In this document: positions 19,998-29,604 of the stretch, in pieces
Layout: the number at the start of each line of letters is the position of its first letter
Position numbering within the stretch: the first letter of the stretch is position 1
Assembly (NCBI GenBank): GCA_902795965.1
Contig: CADBNI010000029.1
Coordinates: forward strand, 5,067-69,066
DNA from: an uncultured bacterium
GTDB taxonomy: Bacteria; Cyanobacteriota; Vampirovibrionia; Gastranaerophilales; Gastranaerophilaceae
DNA: 64,000 bases
Reading direction: 5' to 3'
Program-made: the position numbers and the translations under genes
Notes under the pieces: model-generated
The model's input: only the letters and a program-made list of their open reading frames with translations
Databases searched by the model: none
What the model was told of the DNA's origin: nothing

Positions 19998-20978
19998 ATG
20001 ATAAATACAGGAAGAAAAAATACAGTACACGTTGTAAAATTCAGATGGCTATGGATGGCATTGTCGGCATTGCTGTTAATTCCGGGAATTATTGCCATGA
20101 TTTATTCATCGGTTACTTATGCAAATCATGCTCCGATGAAAGTCGGTATTGATTATACGGGCGGAACTATTTTGCAGTACGGTTTGGAACAAAAACTTGA
20201 AAACAGTGATGTTACTAAAACAAGAAGTTCGCTTCAAAGTATAGGGGTTGAAAATCCTTATATCCAAATTTTGAACGTAAACAATACTCAGCAGGAAAAT
20301 ACAAAGTCGAATATCAATTCTATTATTTCAATAAGAACAAAGTTCATTGATAAAGATTCCGATATTCAAGACAAAATCAGTGAGCAGTTGAGCAAAGATT
20401 ATACAAATCCCGAATTGATTTCGGTTAGTTCTGTAGGACCGACAATGGGTAAAGAGTTGTTCAAAAATTCTCTTATCGCATTGACTCTTGCAATTTTAGG
20501 TATTATTGCATATTTGTCGTTCAGATTCAGATTTGATTATGCATTGGCGGCAATTTTGGGTCTGGTTCATGACGTAATCTTTGTTTGCGGTGTGTTCTCA
20601 ATATTAGGGCTTGTTTATAACGTTCAGATTGACGGATTATTTGTAACTGCAATTTTAACGGTAATCGGGTTCTCCGTACACGATACAATCGTTGTATTTG
20701 ACAGAATAAGAGAAAATTTGAGATACTATTCAAAGAAAATGTCGTTTGGAGAAATTGTTGATGCTTCCGTAAACCAAACATTGACAAGAAGTATCAATAC
20801 ATCATTGACAACATTGATTACTCTTGCGGCATTATATTTCTTTGGCGGTGTAACAACAAGAGATTTTGTCTTGTGTATGATACTCGGTATCGTAATCGGT
20901 ACATACTCAAGCATCTTCTTCTGCAGTATGCTTGTTGATTTCTGGAACGATAAGAAAACGGCTACACAAGCAGCGTAA
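19998..20978 (+). CDS. secF: Protein translocase subunit SecF
   Basis: GIDYTGG, VGPTMG, GFSVHDTIVVFDRIRE. Confidence 0.97.
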   Translation: MINTGRKNTVHVVKFRWLWMALSALLLIPGIIAMIYSSVTYANHAPMKVGIDYTGGTILQYGLEQKLENSDVTKTRSSLQSIGVENPYIQILNVNNTQQENTKSNINSIISIRTKFIDKDSDIQDKISEQLSKDYTNPELISVSSVGPTMGKELFKNSLIALTLAILGIIAYLSFRFRFDYALAAILGLVHDVIFVCGVFSILGLVYNVQIDGLFVTAILTVIGFSVHDTIVVFDRIRENLRYYSKKMSFGEIVDASVNQTLTRSINTSLTTLITLAALYFFGGVTTRDFVLCMILGIVIGTYSSIFFCSMLVDFWNDKKTATQAA

Positions 20979-20999
20979 AACATATAAATTATAAATCAC

Positions 21000-21031
21000 A
21001 AAAAATCTTCGCTTATTGCGAAGATTTTTTT
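21000..21031. terminator. Bidirectional intrinsic terminator
   Basis: aaaaaatcttcgc-ttatt-gcgaagattttttt. Confidence 0.85.
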
Positions 21032-21299
21032 ATTCATACAAAAAATCCCACCTGTAATCGAGTCTGTCCTCAAGCATTTTCAGTAATTCGGAAGGGCGCA
21101 TACCCAATCCGAGTGCCAAACGCCAAAATGTCGTTAACTGCGGATCTTTTTTGCCGTCCAAAATATAGTGAACAACACTTCGAGGTAAATCACTCTCATA
21201 AGCTAAAATAGACTTTCTTTTTTTATCTTTTAATTCGTTAACAACCTCTCCAAGAAGTTTGCATATTTTTTTGTTAATTTCCGCTTTAGATACTTGCAT
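21030..21299 (-). CDS. XRE-like HTH protein
   Basis: LAYESDLPRSVVHYILDGKKDPQLTTFWRLALGLGMRPSEL. Confidence 0.8.
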   Translation of the reverse strand: MQVSKAEINKKICKLLGEVVNELKDKKRKSILAYESDLPRSVVHYILDGKKDPQLTTFWRLALGLGMRPSELLKMLEDRLDYRWDFLYE

Positions 21300-21350
21300 A
21301 AATTTAATTTATCTGTTATTATAAAAGAAAAATGTCTCGTACGAGACGTT

Positions 21351-22502
21351 TTAAGTTTTGAGTACCGCTTTAATAGCCTCAATCATGCCTGTTTCGTCAG
21401 CGATATTTTTGCCTGCGATATCAAATGCCGTTCCGTGTCCGGGAGAAGTTCTTATTATATCAAGACCTATCGTCATATTAACTGTTTTGTCACCCGCAAC
21501 GATTTTTATCGGGATTAGTCCCTGATCGTGGTAATTGGCGATATAGCAATCGTATTTAGAGGTATGGAGGTATGGAGGCATAGAGGTATAGCTATTATCA
21601 GTTTGCTGTTCTTGTGAAGTTTTATCAATATTACTACTATTAAATAGCCTTACCTCCAGCCCTCCAGCCCTCCAGCCCTCCATATATTCCCTCGCCGCTC
21701 CTACAAACAACGTATCCGCAGGCAAGGGGCTTGTGATATTTATACCTTTTGCGCGCAATTCTTCAACCGCAGGCTGCAAAATCTCGATTTCCTCACGTCC
21801 TAATATCCCGTCCTCTCCCGAATGCGGATTAAACCCGCAAAGCGCAAATTTCGGGTCATTTATTCCGAGATGCGAAACAAAAAACTCTTTCAAATTACTA
21901 ATTTTTTCTACAACCATATCTTTGGTCAAATTTATCTCTTTCAAAGGAACATGTCTTGTTAAAAGTAAAACCCTGAAATTCCCTGCTACAAAAAGCATTT
22001 CCGCCAACTGATTATCATGCGCAAGGTATTTCTGCAAAATTTCCGTTTGTCCGTTGAAATTATGCCCTGCCAAATGCATTGCGTTTTTTGCAACAGGCGC
22101 GGTTACAATAGCTTTTGCCCCAATCTCGCAAGCTAATTTTACCGACCGAAACGAAAATTCCCCAGCCTCTTTGGTGACTTTCCCAGGCTCAATTTCTGCA
22201 TTATAGGGAATTTCGAGCAGTTCATAAGCGGAGGTATGGAGGTATAGAGGTATAGAGGTATAGCTATTACCGGTTTGTGGTTCATGTTGAATTTCACCAA
22301 CACAACTGTTATTAAATTGCCATACATCCATACCTCCAGACATCCATACATCCGAATAATACTCCAAAATCTTTCTATTCGAAATAATCACAACTTTATC
22401 GGGCGGAAGATTTAGTTTTGCCAAAGCCTTAATCGTAATTTCCGCGCCGATACCGTTCGGGTCGCCCGTTGTAATAACAATTTTGTCAGAATATTTACTC
22501 AT
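21351..22502 (-). CDS. pdxA: PdxA-family dehydrogenase (probably four-carbon acid sugar PdxA2) with two in-frame repeat insertions
   Basis: GDPNGIGAE, NPHSGE, PADTLF, YHDQGLIPIK, RTSPGHGTAFDIAG; adjacent to a DUF1537 kinase. Confidence 0.92.
   Translation of the reverse strand: MSKYSDKIVITTGDPNGIGAEITIKALAKLNLPPDKVVIISNRKILEYYSDVWMSGGMDVWQFNNSCVGEIQHEPQTGNSYTSIPLYLHTSAYELLEIPYNAEIEPGKVTKEAGEFSFRSVKLACEIGAKAIVTAPVAKNAMHLAGHNFNGQTEILQKYLAHDNQLAEMLFVAGNFRVLLLTRHVPLKEINLTKDMVVEKISNLKEFFVSHLGINDPKFALCGFNPHSGEDGILGREEIEILQPAVEELRAKGINITSPLPADTLFVGAAREYMEGWRAGGLEVRLFNSSNIDKTSQEQQTDNSYTSMPPYLHTSKYDCYIANYHDQGLIPIKIVAGDKTVNMTIGLDIIRTSPGHGTAFDIAGKNIADETGMIEAIKAVLKT
21559..21680. repeat. 122-bp palindromic element with octamer tandem arms, in-frame in pdxA
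   Basis: 4x GAGG(T/C)AT(G/A) + GCTATT + 46 nt + AATAGC + CTTACCTC and 3x CAGCCCTC. Confidence 0.88.
22231..22352. repeat. Second 122-bp palindromic octamer-arm element, in-frame in pdxA
   Basis: 4x GAGGTAT(G/A) + GCTATT + 46 nt + AATTGC + 4x CA(T/G)AC(A/C)TC. Confidence 0.88.
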
Positions 22503-23814
22503 TCAATCCGCCATGAGATTCAAAATATTTTAAAATATCAATAAGCGTATTTGCACCGCCCAAATTACCCGATTTTGTCACAATCCATTGTGCGTTATGA
22601 TCAAGCGAAAGTGCTATTGCAGGCGCAACTTCATCTACAAGCTGAAGCTGATAAGCTCCGATGGCAGAACAACATTTGTAAGAAGTCTCACCGCCGAGAG
22701 TAATCAAAATTGCCTCTTTTTTCTCCAAAACCCTCTTTGTCAAATCGGAAAGAAAATCCGTAATAACATTTGCCAAATTAGCTTTTGTTAATTCCGCATT
22801 CAAAGAATCGTCCGAAAATCCGTCAAAATCAGCAATTAATTTTGAAGTATGCACAACAACGGTATTGTCAAAATTGAGGTTTGAAACGACTCTGTCAACC
22901 AATTCGTCCGTTACGCCGTTCAAAACGGTTTTTAAATCAAAACTAATTGAAAGCACGTTTTCAAATTCGTCACTGTTTTCAAGCTGTTCAATCTGTTTTG
23001 CCGTAATTTGCGTGGCACTTCCCGACACAATAAATTTCGGCAAAGTCGGAAAAGTTTTTGTAATATGTTCACTTTCCAAATCAGCAAGCCAATATTCACT
23101 CAAAGCCTGTGCAAAAGATGCAGTTCCGGTAGGAAGAATTTTATTATCGGTTTTTTTGATGGCAAGTGCGATTTGTTCAATATCAACGGTAGAAACCGCA
23201 TCACAAACGATAAGTTTTTTGCCCTCAGCAATCAATTCTTTTATTCGCTGTAAAATCGGACCTGCCCCTTTCATAACGGTTTTCAGTTCAATTTGCCCGA
23301 CAATATTTTTATATTCATCAGAAAGTTGATTTCTCAACAATGTAGGCAGGTGAGATTCCGCAATGGGAGAATGCGGATCGCGCGCCATTTCGGTTCTTTC
23401 AATGGGTACTCCGCGCAAAAGATGATATCCGCCGACAGTAGTCCTTGTTTCTGCAGGAAATGCGGGAACTATAACCGACGCTTCGTAGTCAAATACCGAA
23501 AGTATTGCCAAAACTTCAACCGCAATGTTTCCTCTGATTGTGGAATCTATTTTCTTATAAATAAAATCAGGATTAATTTTTTCCGCAAACATCTTTGCGG
23601 TTTTAACAACTTTATCAAAAGCCGATTGCGAATCAATATTTCTTGATTCTGTTGATATCGCCCAAGTTTGAGTACCTTTAATATTCAAAGGTTCAATTTC
23701 ATCGGAAAGCAGAATTTGGGTATTAGCACCCTTCAGGTGAAACTGAAGTGCCGTATCGTTAGCTCCCGTCAAATCATCGGCAATAATTCCCGCTATATTT
23801 GAATTAATTATCAT
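22495..23814 (-). CDS. Four-carbon acid sugar kinase family (DUF1537)
   Basis: IADDLTGANDT, YKKIDSTIRGN, LGGETS, VTKSGNLG. Confidence 0.92.
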   Translation of the reverse strand: MIINSNIAGIIADDLTGANDTALQFHLKGANTQILLSDEIEPLNIKGTQTWAISTESRNIDSQSAFDKVVKTAKMFAEKINPDFIYKKIDSTIRGNIAVEVLAILSVFDYEASVIVPAFPAETRTTVGGYHLLRGVPIERTEMARDPHSPIAESHLPTLLRNQLSDEYKNIVGQIELKTVMKGAGPILQRIKELIAEGKKLIVCDAVSTVDIEQIALAIKKTDNKILPTGTASFAQALSEYWLADLESEHITKTFPTLPKFIVSGSATQITAKQIEQLENSDEFENVLSISFDLKTVLNGVTDELVDRVVSNLNFDNTVVVHTSKLIADFDGFSDDSLNAELTKANLANVITDFLSDLTKRVLEKKEAILITLGGETSYKCCSAIGAYQLQLVDEVAPAIALSLDHNAQWIVTKSGNLGGANTLIDILKYFESHGGLNE

Positions 23815-24146
23815 ATCTGTTCAATATCTCTTTTTGAACCCAAAAGTCTTATGCTGTTTGCAATTACAAAGAAACTTTCTTTATCTGCGCCTGTTGCCTT
23901 ATCCGTCCATTTATTTTGAGAAATTCTTGCGTCTATAGCGACTTGAACACCTTTTTTTACATATTCGCCCGCAAATTCGGCAAGTTTATCCCACACATCA
24001 ACATTAAACCAATCCGCAACTTCGGATTTTGTTTTAGCATCCCAACGGTTTACCGCAACTGAAAAATTAGCCTTAACTTTACCCGATTCAAAATATCTTA
24101 TTTCGGCATCACGTCCGACTCTGCCTACCAAAACTACTGAATTCAT
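23811..24146 (-). CDS. ssb: Single-stranded DNA-binding protein (short form)
   Basis: MNSVVLVGRVGRDAEIRYFESG...ADWFNVDVWDKLAE. Confidence 0.9.
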   Translation of the reverse strand: MNSVVLVGRVGRDAEIRYFESGKVKANFSVAVNRWDAKTKSEVADWFNVDVWDKLAEFAGEYVKKGVQVAIDARISQNKWTDKATGADKESFFVIANSIRLLGSKRDIEQI

Positions 24147-24300
24147 AATAACCTCATTTCTTTAAATACATTTTACACCAAAAAGTAAAAAACCTTAAAA
24201 ATGTGTAAATTTTTGTTAATAGATTTTTGATTTATAAATATATATAACCGTTTGCAATTCAAGTTTGCTTTTGGTATAAATTAAACATACAAAGGAAAGA

Positions 24301-26349
24301 ATGATGAGCAAATATTTATTGGAAATCGGCTGTGAAGAATTGCCTTATAAATTTATACCGTCAGCAATCAATCAACTAAAAACGGGATTTGAAAACTTTT
24401 TAAACTCTAATAAAGTTGCATTTGATGACGTAAAAGTTTACGCTACACCGCGCAGGCTTGCCGTAATCATTTCGGGACTCGAAAAATTCGGCAAAGATGA
24501 AGAAAAAATCGTAAAAGGCCCTATAAAAAAAGTAGCTTATGACGAAAACGGAAATCTTACGAAAGCAGGTGAAGGTTTTTGCAAGAAAAACGGGATTGAA
24601 CCTGACGATTTGTATTTGGAAAACGATTATATCCACGCAAAAATCGTGATTAAAGGAAAACCGATTGTCGAACTTTTGAAAGACAATGTTCCTTCAATCG
24701 TCTTGAAACTTCAAGGGTCGCATTTTATGCGCTGGTCTGATAATGACGAAAAATTCTCCCGCCCAATAAGATGGATTGTTTCAATACTTGATAATGAAGA
24801 AGTTAAAATAAAAATTATCGACAAAGAAAGTTCCAATGTTTCGCGCGGTCACAGATTTGCTCAACAGGAAGTATATATTAACAATCCCGACGATTATATC
24901 GAACTTATGCGCAACTGCTGTGTAATTGTCGATCAGGAAGAACGCAGACAAAGAATTATCGACAGAGCAAAAGAAGAAGCCCAAAAATTGGGGGCAGAAC
25001 CTTATTATACGGACGATTTGCTTGAAGAAGTAACATTTATTACGGAATATCCCGTTCCTGCGGTTTGCGAATTTAACCCGGAATATTTGAGATTACCCGA
25101 AGAATTGGTAGTTACCGTAATGGCGGTTCATCAAAGATATTTTGCACTCTATAAAGATGGCAAATTGATTAACAAATTTATTACAATGACGAATTATCTC
25201 GGTGACGAATTTGAAAACATAAAAGCGGGTAATGTTCGCGTAATCAAAGCTCGTCTTGATGATGCGGTATTCTTCTTTAACGAAGATACAAAACGTCCGC
25301 TTGAAAGTTATCTTGAAGATATCAAAGGTATTACCTTCCAAAAAGGTATGGGAACAATGTTTGACAAGGCTCAAAGACTTGTAAAACTTTCCAAATTGAT
25401 GATTGACGACAACAAGTCCGTTGAAAGAACCGCACTGCTTGCAAAAGCCGATTTGGCAACCAAATTGGTATTTGAATTTACCGAACTTCAAGGCTTTATC
25501 GGTGCGGATTACGCAAAAGTATCGGGAGAAACAAATGAAGTTGCGGAAGGTATAAAAGAACATTATTTCCCGCTCAATGCTGACGGAGAAATTGCAAAGA
25601 CTCTTGAAGGTCAGATTGTCGGTATTGCAGACAAGATTGATAATATTTGTGCTGTGTTTGCCGAAGGCAAAAAGCCGACAGGTTCATCAGATCCGCTCGG
25701 TGTAAGGCGTGCCGCTTTAGGTATAATAAGAACCGTTCTCGCAAACGATTTAAAAATCGATCTTGCACTTTTGGTTAATGAAGCATTGTTATTACTGCCG
25801 ATAGCCAAGAAAGGCGAAAATTTTGTCGACAAACTTAAAAGCACGGCAGGGTCGGTTGTCTCAAGGGTTTCCGGCATGGTTACGGGTGAAATTTATGACT
25901 TTTTTATCCAAAGATTAATAATTTTCTTGTCCGAAAAATATCCGAAAAATATTTTGGAAGCCTGTGCCGCAAGTAAAAATCCGCTCTCTGATTTGACGGA
26001 TTACGTAAAACGTGTTGAAGCAGTTTCAAAACTAAATTCGCCTGAGGTTTTGGAGAGTGCAAACAGAGTATTGAGAATTTTGAAAGAAGATTCAAAAAGA
26101 CAGGTCGATAAGAACTTGTTTGTTGTTCCTGCTGAGAACATGCTCTTATCTCAGATTAAAACTGTTGACGAAAACGCTGATTACGACACGTATTTAGCCC
26201 AATTAAAAGACATAAATCCTTCTGTTCAAAAATTCTTTAATGACGTACTTGTCATGGATAAAGATGAAAATGTTAAAGAAAACAGGTTGGCACTTTTGAC
26301 TTTGCTAAAGTCAAAATACAATCACCTTGCGGATTTCAGTAAATTATAA
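24301..26349 (+). CDS. glyS: Glycine-tRNA ligase beta subunit
   Basis: LLEIGCEELP, ATPRRLA, FSRPIRW, GN.RVIKARLDDA.FF, GSSDPLGVRR. Confidence 0.97.
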   Translation: MMSKYLLEIGCEELPYKFIPSAINQLKTGFENFLNSNKVAFDDVKVYATPRRLAVIISGLEKFGKDEEKIVKGPIKKVAYDENGNLTKAGEGFCKKNGIEPDDLYLENDYIHAKIVIKGKPIVELLKDNVPSIVLKLQGSHFMRWSDNDEKFSRPIRWIVSILDNEEVKIKIIDKESSNVSRGHRFAQQEVYINNPDDYIELMRNCCVIVDQEERRQRIIDRAKEEAQKLGAEPYYTDDLLEEVTFITEYPVPAVCEFNPEYLRLPEELVVTVMAVHQRYFALYKDGKLINKFITMTNYLGDEFENIKAGNVRVIKARLDDAVFFFNEDTKRPLESYLEDIKGITFQKGMGTMFDKAQRLVKLSKLMIDDNKSVERTALLAKADLATKLVFEFTELQGFIGADYAKVSGETNEVAEGIKEHYFPLNADGEIAKTLEGQIVGIADKIDNICAVFAEGKKPTGSSDPLGVRRAALGIIRTVLANDLKIDLALLVNEALLLLPIAKKGENFVDKLKSTAGSVVSRVSGMVTGEIYDFFIQRLIIFLSEKYPKNILEACAASKNPLSDLTDYVKRVEAVSKLNSPEVLESANRVLRILKEDSKRQVDKNLFVVPAENMLLSQIKTVDENADYDTYLAQLKDINPSVQKFFNDVLVMDKDENVKENRLALLTLLKSKYNHLADFSKL

Positions 26350-26431
26350 AGATTTGTAAACTTTGTATGTAAAAAAGTAAATTATTTTTTTGAGGATACT
26401 TTAAAATAGTACAAAGAAAAAGGAGTAGGAA

Positions 26432-26740
26432 ATGCTCGACAGACTTAAAAATCTTAAAATCGTAAAAAAATTAGGTGAAGGAATCAGCCCGAAACTGCGC
26501 TGGTTAAATTTCATGAGTATAAATAAAGACAAATCATCTTCGGATTATATCAGTATGATAAGCGGAGTTGAGGAGTTGAAATCAAGTTCTGACGAACGTA
26601 AGCTCGAAGCAATGGTCAGACAACAACTCAAAGAGGAGTTCCCGAATATCGAGAACATGAAATCTTATGAGCTTCTTGTAGATGCGGTAATCCACAATTA
26701 CAAGAAAAAACAGCTTCAGGCTATGGACGAGGCTGAGTAG
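26432..26740 (+). CDS. Hypothetical protein
   Basis: 102 aa ORF, strong RBS AGGAG, followed by a terminator. Confidence 0.7.
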   Translation: MLDRLKNLKIVKKLGEGISPKLRWLNFMSINKDKSSSDYISMISGVEELKSSSDERKLEAMVRQQLKEEFPNIENMKSYELLVDAVIHNYKKKQLQAMDEAE

Positions 26741-26756
26741 CCCGTTAAAAACAAAG

Positions 26757-26780
26757 ACGCACCCGAAAGGGTGTTTTTTT
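26757..26780 (+). terminator. Intrinsic terminator
   Basis: caccc-gaaa-gggtg followed by a T-run. Confidence 0.75.
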
Positions 26781-26935
26781 GTGGGCGTTTCCTTCCCCGA
26801 GAAGGTTGGGGGTTCAACCCCCTCAACGTACCTTCCGTTCCTCTTGCCTTCTTGCCCTCACTTAACTTTATTCCCGATACGTACTAATCAAACTTACCCA
26901 ACTTACTTTGCTTACCTGACTCCGCTTAACAACTC
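26781..26935. repeat. Intergenic stack of degenerate 8- and 9-nt tandem repeats and a small hairpin
   Basis: ctcttgcc-ttcttgcc; cttacccaa-cttactttg-cttacctga; ggttggggg/cccctcaac. Confidence 0.5.
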
Positions 26936-27033
26936 ATAATATAAATATCTTAATTTTCTTGTTTGGGTTATAATAATAATGAACTAAAGGAAGTGTATAA
27001 CATAAGGCGCGAAATGCGCAGAAAGAGAAAATT

Positions 27034-29178
27034 ATGACAGTACCTGAAACAAAGAAATTTGAAATCGAAATCGGCGGTAAAACTGTTACCGTTGAAACAG
27101 GGAAGTATGCTCAATCAGCTAACGGTTCGGTTACGGTAAGATGCGGCGACACTATGTTGTTCGTTCACTGCTGTGTATCAAAAGAACCGAGAGTCGGTAT
27201 CGACTTTTTCCCTCTATTAATCGACTATGAAGAAAGAATGTCATCAATCGGTCGTATCCCCGGAGGTTACAACCGCTCGGAAGGTAAAGCAAGCGACAAA
27301 GCTATTCTTATTTCAAGATTGATTGACAGACCCATCAGACCCCTGTTCCCGAAAGGTTACAGAAACGATATACAAATCGTAGCTCAATTATTCAGCTATG
27401 ATCAGCAAAATCAGCCCGATACCCTCGCAATGCTCGGTGCATCTTGTGCATTGATGCTTTCGGGAGCTCCTTTTGAAGGTCCTATCGGTGCGGTAAGAGT
27501 TTCGCGTGACGAAAACGGACAAATGATTGCCAACCCGACTCACCAGCAAGCTGACAAATCAGACCTCGACATTGTTGTTGCAGGTACGCACGACAGCGTT
27601 ATTATGGTTGAAGCAGGCTGCAAATTCGTTACGGAAGATGATATTATGAATGCGGTTGAATTTGCTCAAGTTGAAATCAAAAAACAATGTGAAGCTCAAC
27701 TTGAATTTGCAAAAGCATGCGGTGTCGAAAAAGAAGTTTTCACAAATCCTTATGACACAACGGAAATCAAGAAAATCATTGATGAAACCGCTCACGATAT
27801 GATTTTTGATGCTTATCACAATTTTGACAGAACATACAGACAAGAAAAACTTGAAGAAGCTAAAAAACTTGTCAAAGAAAAAATTGACGCATTGCCCGAA
27901 GACGATTATTCCAAAAAGATTATGGAAGAAACGGGAATCGACTTTGTTGCGGAAGAATTCAAAAACGCAGAAAAGAAAATTATGCGTACAATGATTTTGG
28001 ACGAAGGTGTCAGAGCAGACGGAAGAAAACCTCACGATGTCCGTCCTATCTGGTGCGAAGTCGGTGTTATTCCGCGCGCTCACGGTTCTGCGGTATTTAC
28101 GAGAGGTCAAACTCAAGTTTTGTCGGTTGCAACCCTTGCAGGTCCGGGTATGAAACAGGAACTTGACGGAGTTGACCCCGAAACGGAAAAAACTTATATG
28201 CACAAATATATTTTCCCCGGTTTCTCGGTAGGTGAAGTAAAACCCCTCAGAGGTCCCGGCAGACGTGAAGTCGGACACGGAAATTTGGCAGAACGCGCAA
28301 ATGTTCCCGCACTTCCTTCACAAGAAGAATTCGGTTATACAATCCGCGTAACTTCAGACGTTCTTGAATCCAACGGTTCAACGTCAATGGCATCAACCTG
28401 CGGTTCTTCAATGGCATTGATGAATGCGGGTGTTCCCGTAAAATGTATGATTGGCGGTGTTGCAATGGGTATGATTACCGAAGAAGGCAAAGAACCCGTT
28501 GTATTGACAGATATTCAAGGCATTGAGGACTTCCTCGGCGATATGGACTTCAAAGTAACGGGTAACGATACGGGTATTACCGCATTGCAAATGGATATGA
28601 AAGCAAAAGGTATTGCAAACGATACATTGCGCAGAGCTTTGGCTCAGGCTAAAGAAGGCAGATTGCACATCTTGGGCAAAATGAGAGAAGTAATTACCGC
28701 TCCTGCAGATCATTTGTCACCGTTTGCACCGAGCATTTCGACAATGACAATTCCCGTTGACGATATCGGAACGGTAATCGGACCAGGCGGAAAACAAATT
28801 CGTTCAATCATTGATGCATCGGGTGCGGAAATCGACATTCAGGATAACGGTGTTGTAACAATCACTTCCAACGATCAGGAAGGTGCTGAAATTGCAAAAC
28901 GCATGATTAGAGAACTCACCTTCAAACCCGAAGCAGGAATGGTTTTGAAAGGAAAAGTCGTAAGAATTATTCCTATCGGTGCGTTTGTAGAACTTGCTCC
29001 GGGTAAAGACGGCATGGTTCATATTTCACAGGTTTGCAACGAAAGAATTGATGCAATCGAACCTCACCTCACAATCGGTCAGGAAGTAATCGTTAAGGTA
29101 ATCAAAATTGATGACAAAGGCAGAGTAAACCTTACAATCAAAGGTGTTACCGACGAAGAAAAAGCAAACGTTCAATAA
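27034..29178 (+). CDS. pnp: Polyribonucleotide nucleotidyltransferase
   Basis: FFPLLIDYEER, RLIDRPIRPLFP, RREVGHG, SNGSTSMAS, GDMDFKV; KH and S1 domains. Confidence 0.98.
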   Translation: MTVPETKKFEIEIGGKTVTVETGKYAQSANGSVTVRCGDTMLFVHCCVSKEPRVGIDFFPLLIDYEERMSSIGRIPGGYNRSEGKASDKAILISRLIDRPIRPLFPKGYRNDIQIVAQLFSYDQQNQPDTLAMLGASCALMLSGAPFEGPIGAVRVSRDENGQMIANPTHQQADKSDLDIVVAGTHDSVIMVEAGCKFVTEDDIMNAVEFAQVEIKKQCEAQLEFAKACGVEKEVFTNPYDTTEIKKIIDETAHDMIFDAYHNFDRTYRQEKLEEAKKLVKEKIDALPEDDYSKKIMEETGIDFVAEEFKNAEKKIMRTMILDEGVRADGRKPHDVRPIWCEVGVIPRAHGSAVFTRGQTQVLSVATLAGPGMKQELDGVDPETEKTYMHKYIFPGFSVGEVKPLRGPGRREVGHGNLAERANVPALPSQEEFGYTIRVTSDVLESNGSTSMASTCGSSMALMNAGVPVKCMIGGVAMGMITEEGKEPVVLTDIQGIEDFLGDMDFKVTGNDTGITALQMDMKAKGIANDTLRRALAQAKEGRLHILGKMREVITAPADHLSPFAPSISTMTIPVDDIGTVIGPGGKQIRSIIDASGAEIDIQDNGVVTITSNDQEGAEIAKRMIRELTFKPEAGMVLKGKVVRIIPIGAFVELAPGKDGMVHISQVCNERIDAIEPHLTIGQEVIVKVIKIDDKGRVNLTIKGVTDEEKANVQ

Positions 29179-29216
29179 TTAAGGTATTAGCGCATTAAAG
29201 CACTGATATATTAAGT

Positions 29217-29250
29217 AAAAAGCGGTTTTAATTTATAAAGACCGCTTTTT
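29217..29250. terminator. Bidirectional intrinsic terminator
   Basis: aaaaagcggt...accgcttttt. Confidence 0.8.
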
Positions 29251-29271
29251 GTTTTTTAATAAATTAGTCAA

Positions 29272-29478
29272 CTATTTTTTTGTAATTGTAATCTTATAAC
29301 CTAAATGGTCAAGTATGTTGAATACTTCGCTAAATCTTATTGTGCCATTGCGAAATTTTGATGAAATGTTGTTTGATAATGGCATTTTTATACCTTTTTC
29401 ACGCAATTCTCTTAGGACTCTTGCCATTGATTTACACTCTTTAACCAATAATATTTTAATTTCTTCATGTATGTTCAT
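29272..29478 (-). CDS. Small Cro-like HTH protein (cassette 2); likely start MNIHEE
   Basis: IKILLVKECKSMARVLREL...NNISSKFRNGTIRFSEVFNILDHLGYKI; homologous to 40281-40490. Confidence 0.72.
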   Translation of the reverse strand: MNIHEEIKILLVKECKSMARVLRELREKGIKMPLSNNISSKFRNGTIRFSEVFNILDHLGYKITITKK

Positions 29479-29507
29479 GCATTTTATTTTAGCTAAATTC
29501 AATGTTA

Positions 29508-29536
29508 TTGACAAAATAATAAGTACATGATATTAA
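29508..29536 (+). promoter_or_regulatory. sigma70-like promoter for pilin-like gene 2
   Basis: TTGACA-17 bp-TATTAA. Confidence 0.55.
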
Positions 29537-29604
29537 TATTTATGTTAATATGCTATATTGATGAATTGCAATAAAAATATAGTATGAATATTAAGGAGAA
29601 AAAT

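Noticed and set aside
27559-28278. 239-aa antisense ORF within pnp
   Set aside because: Shadow frame of a highly expressed gene with biased codons; no recognisable motifs
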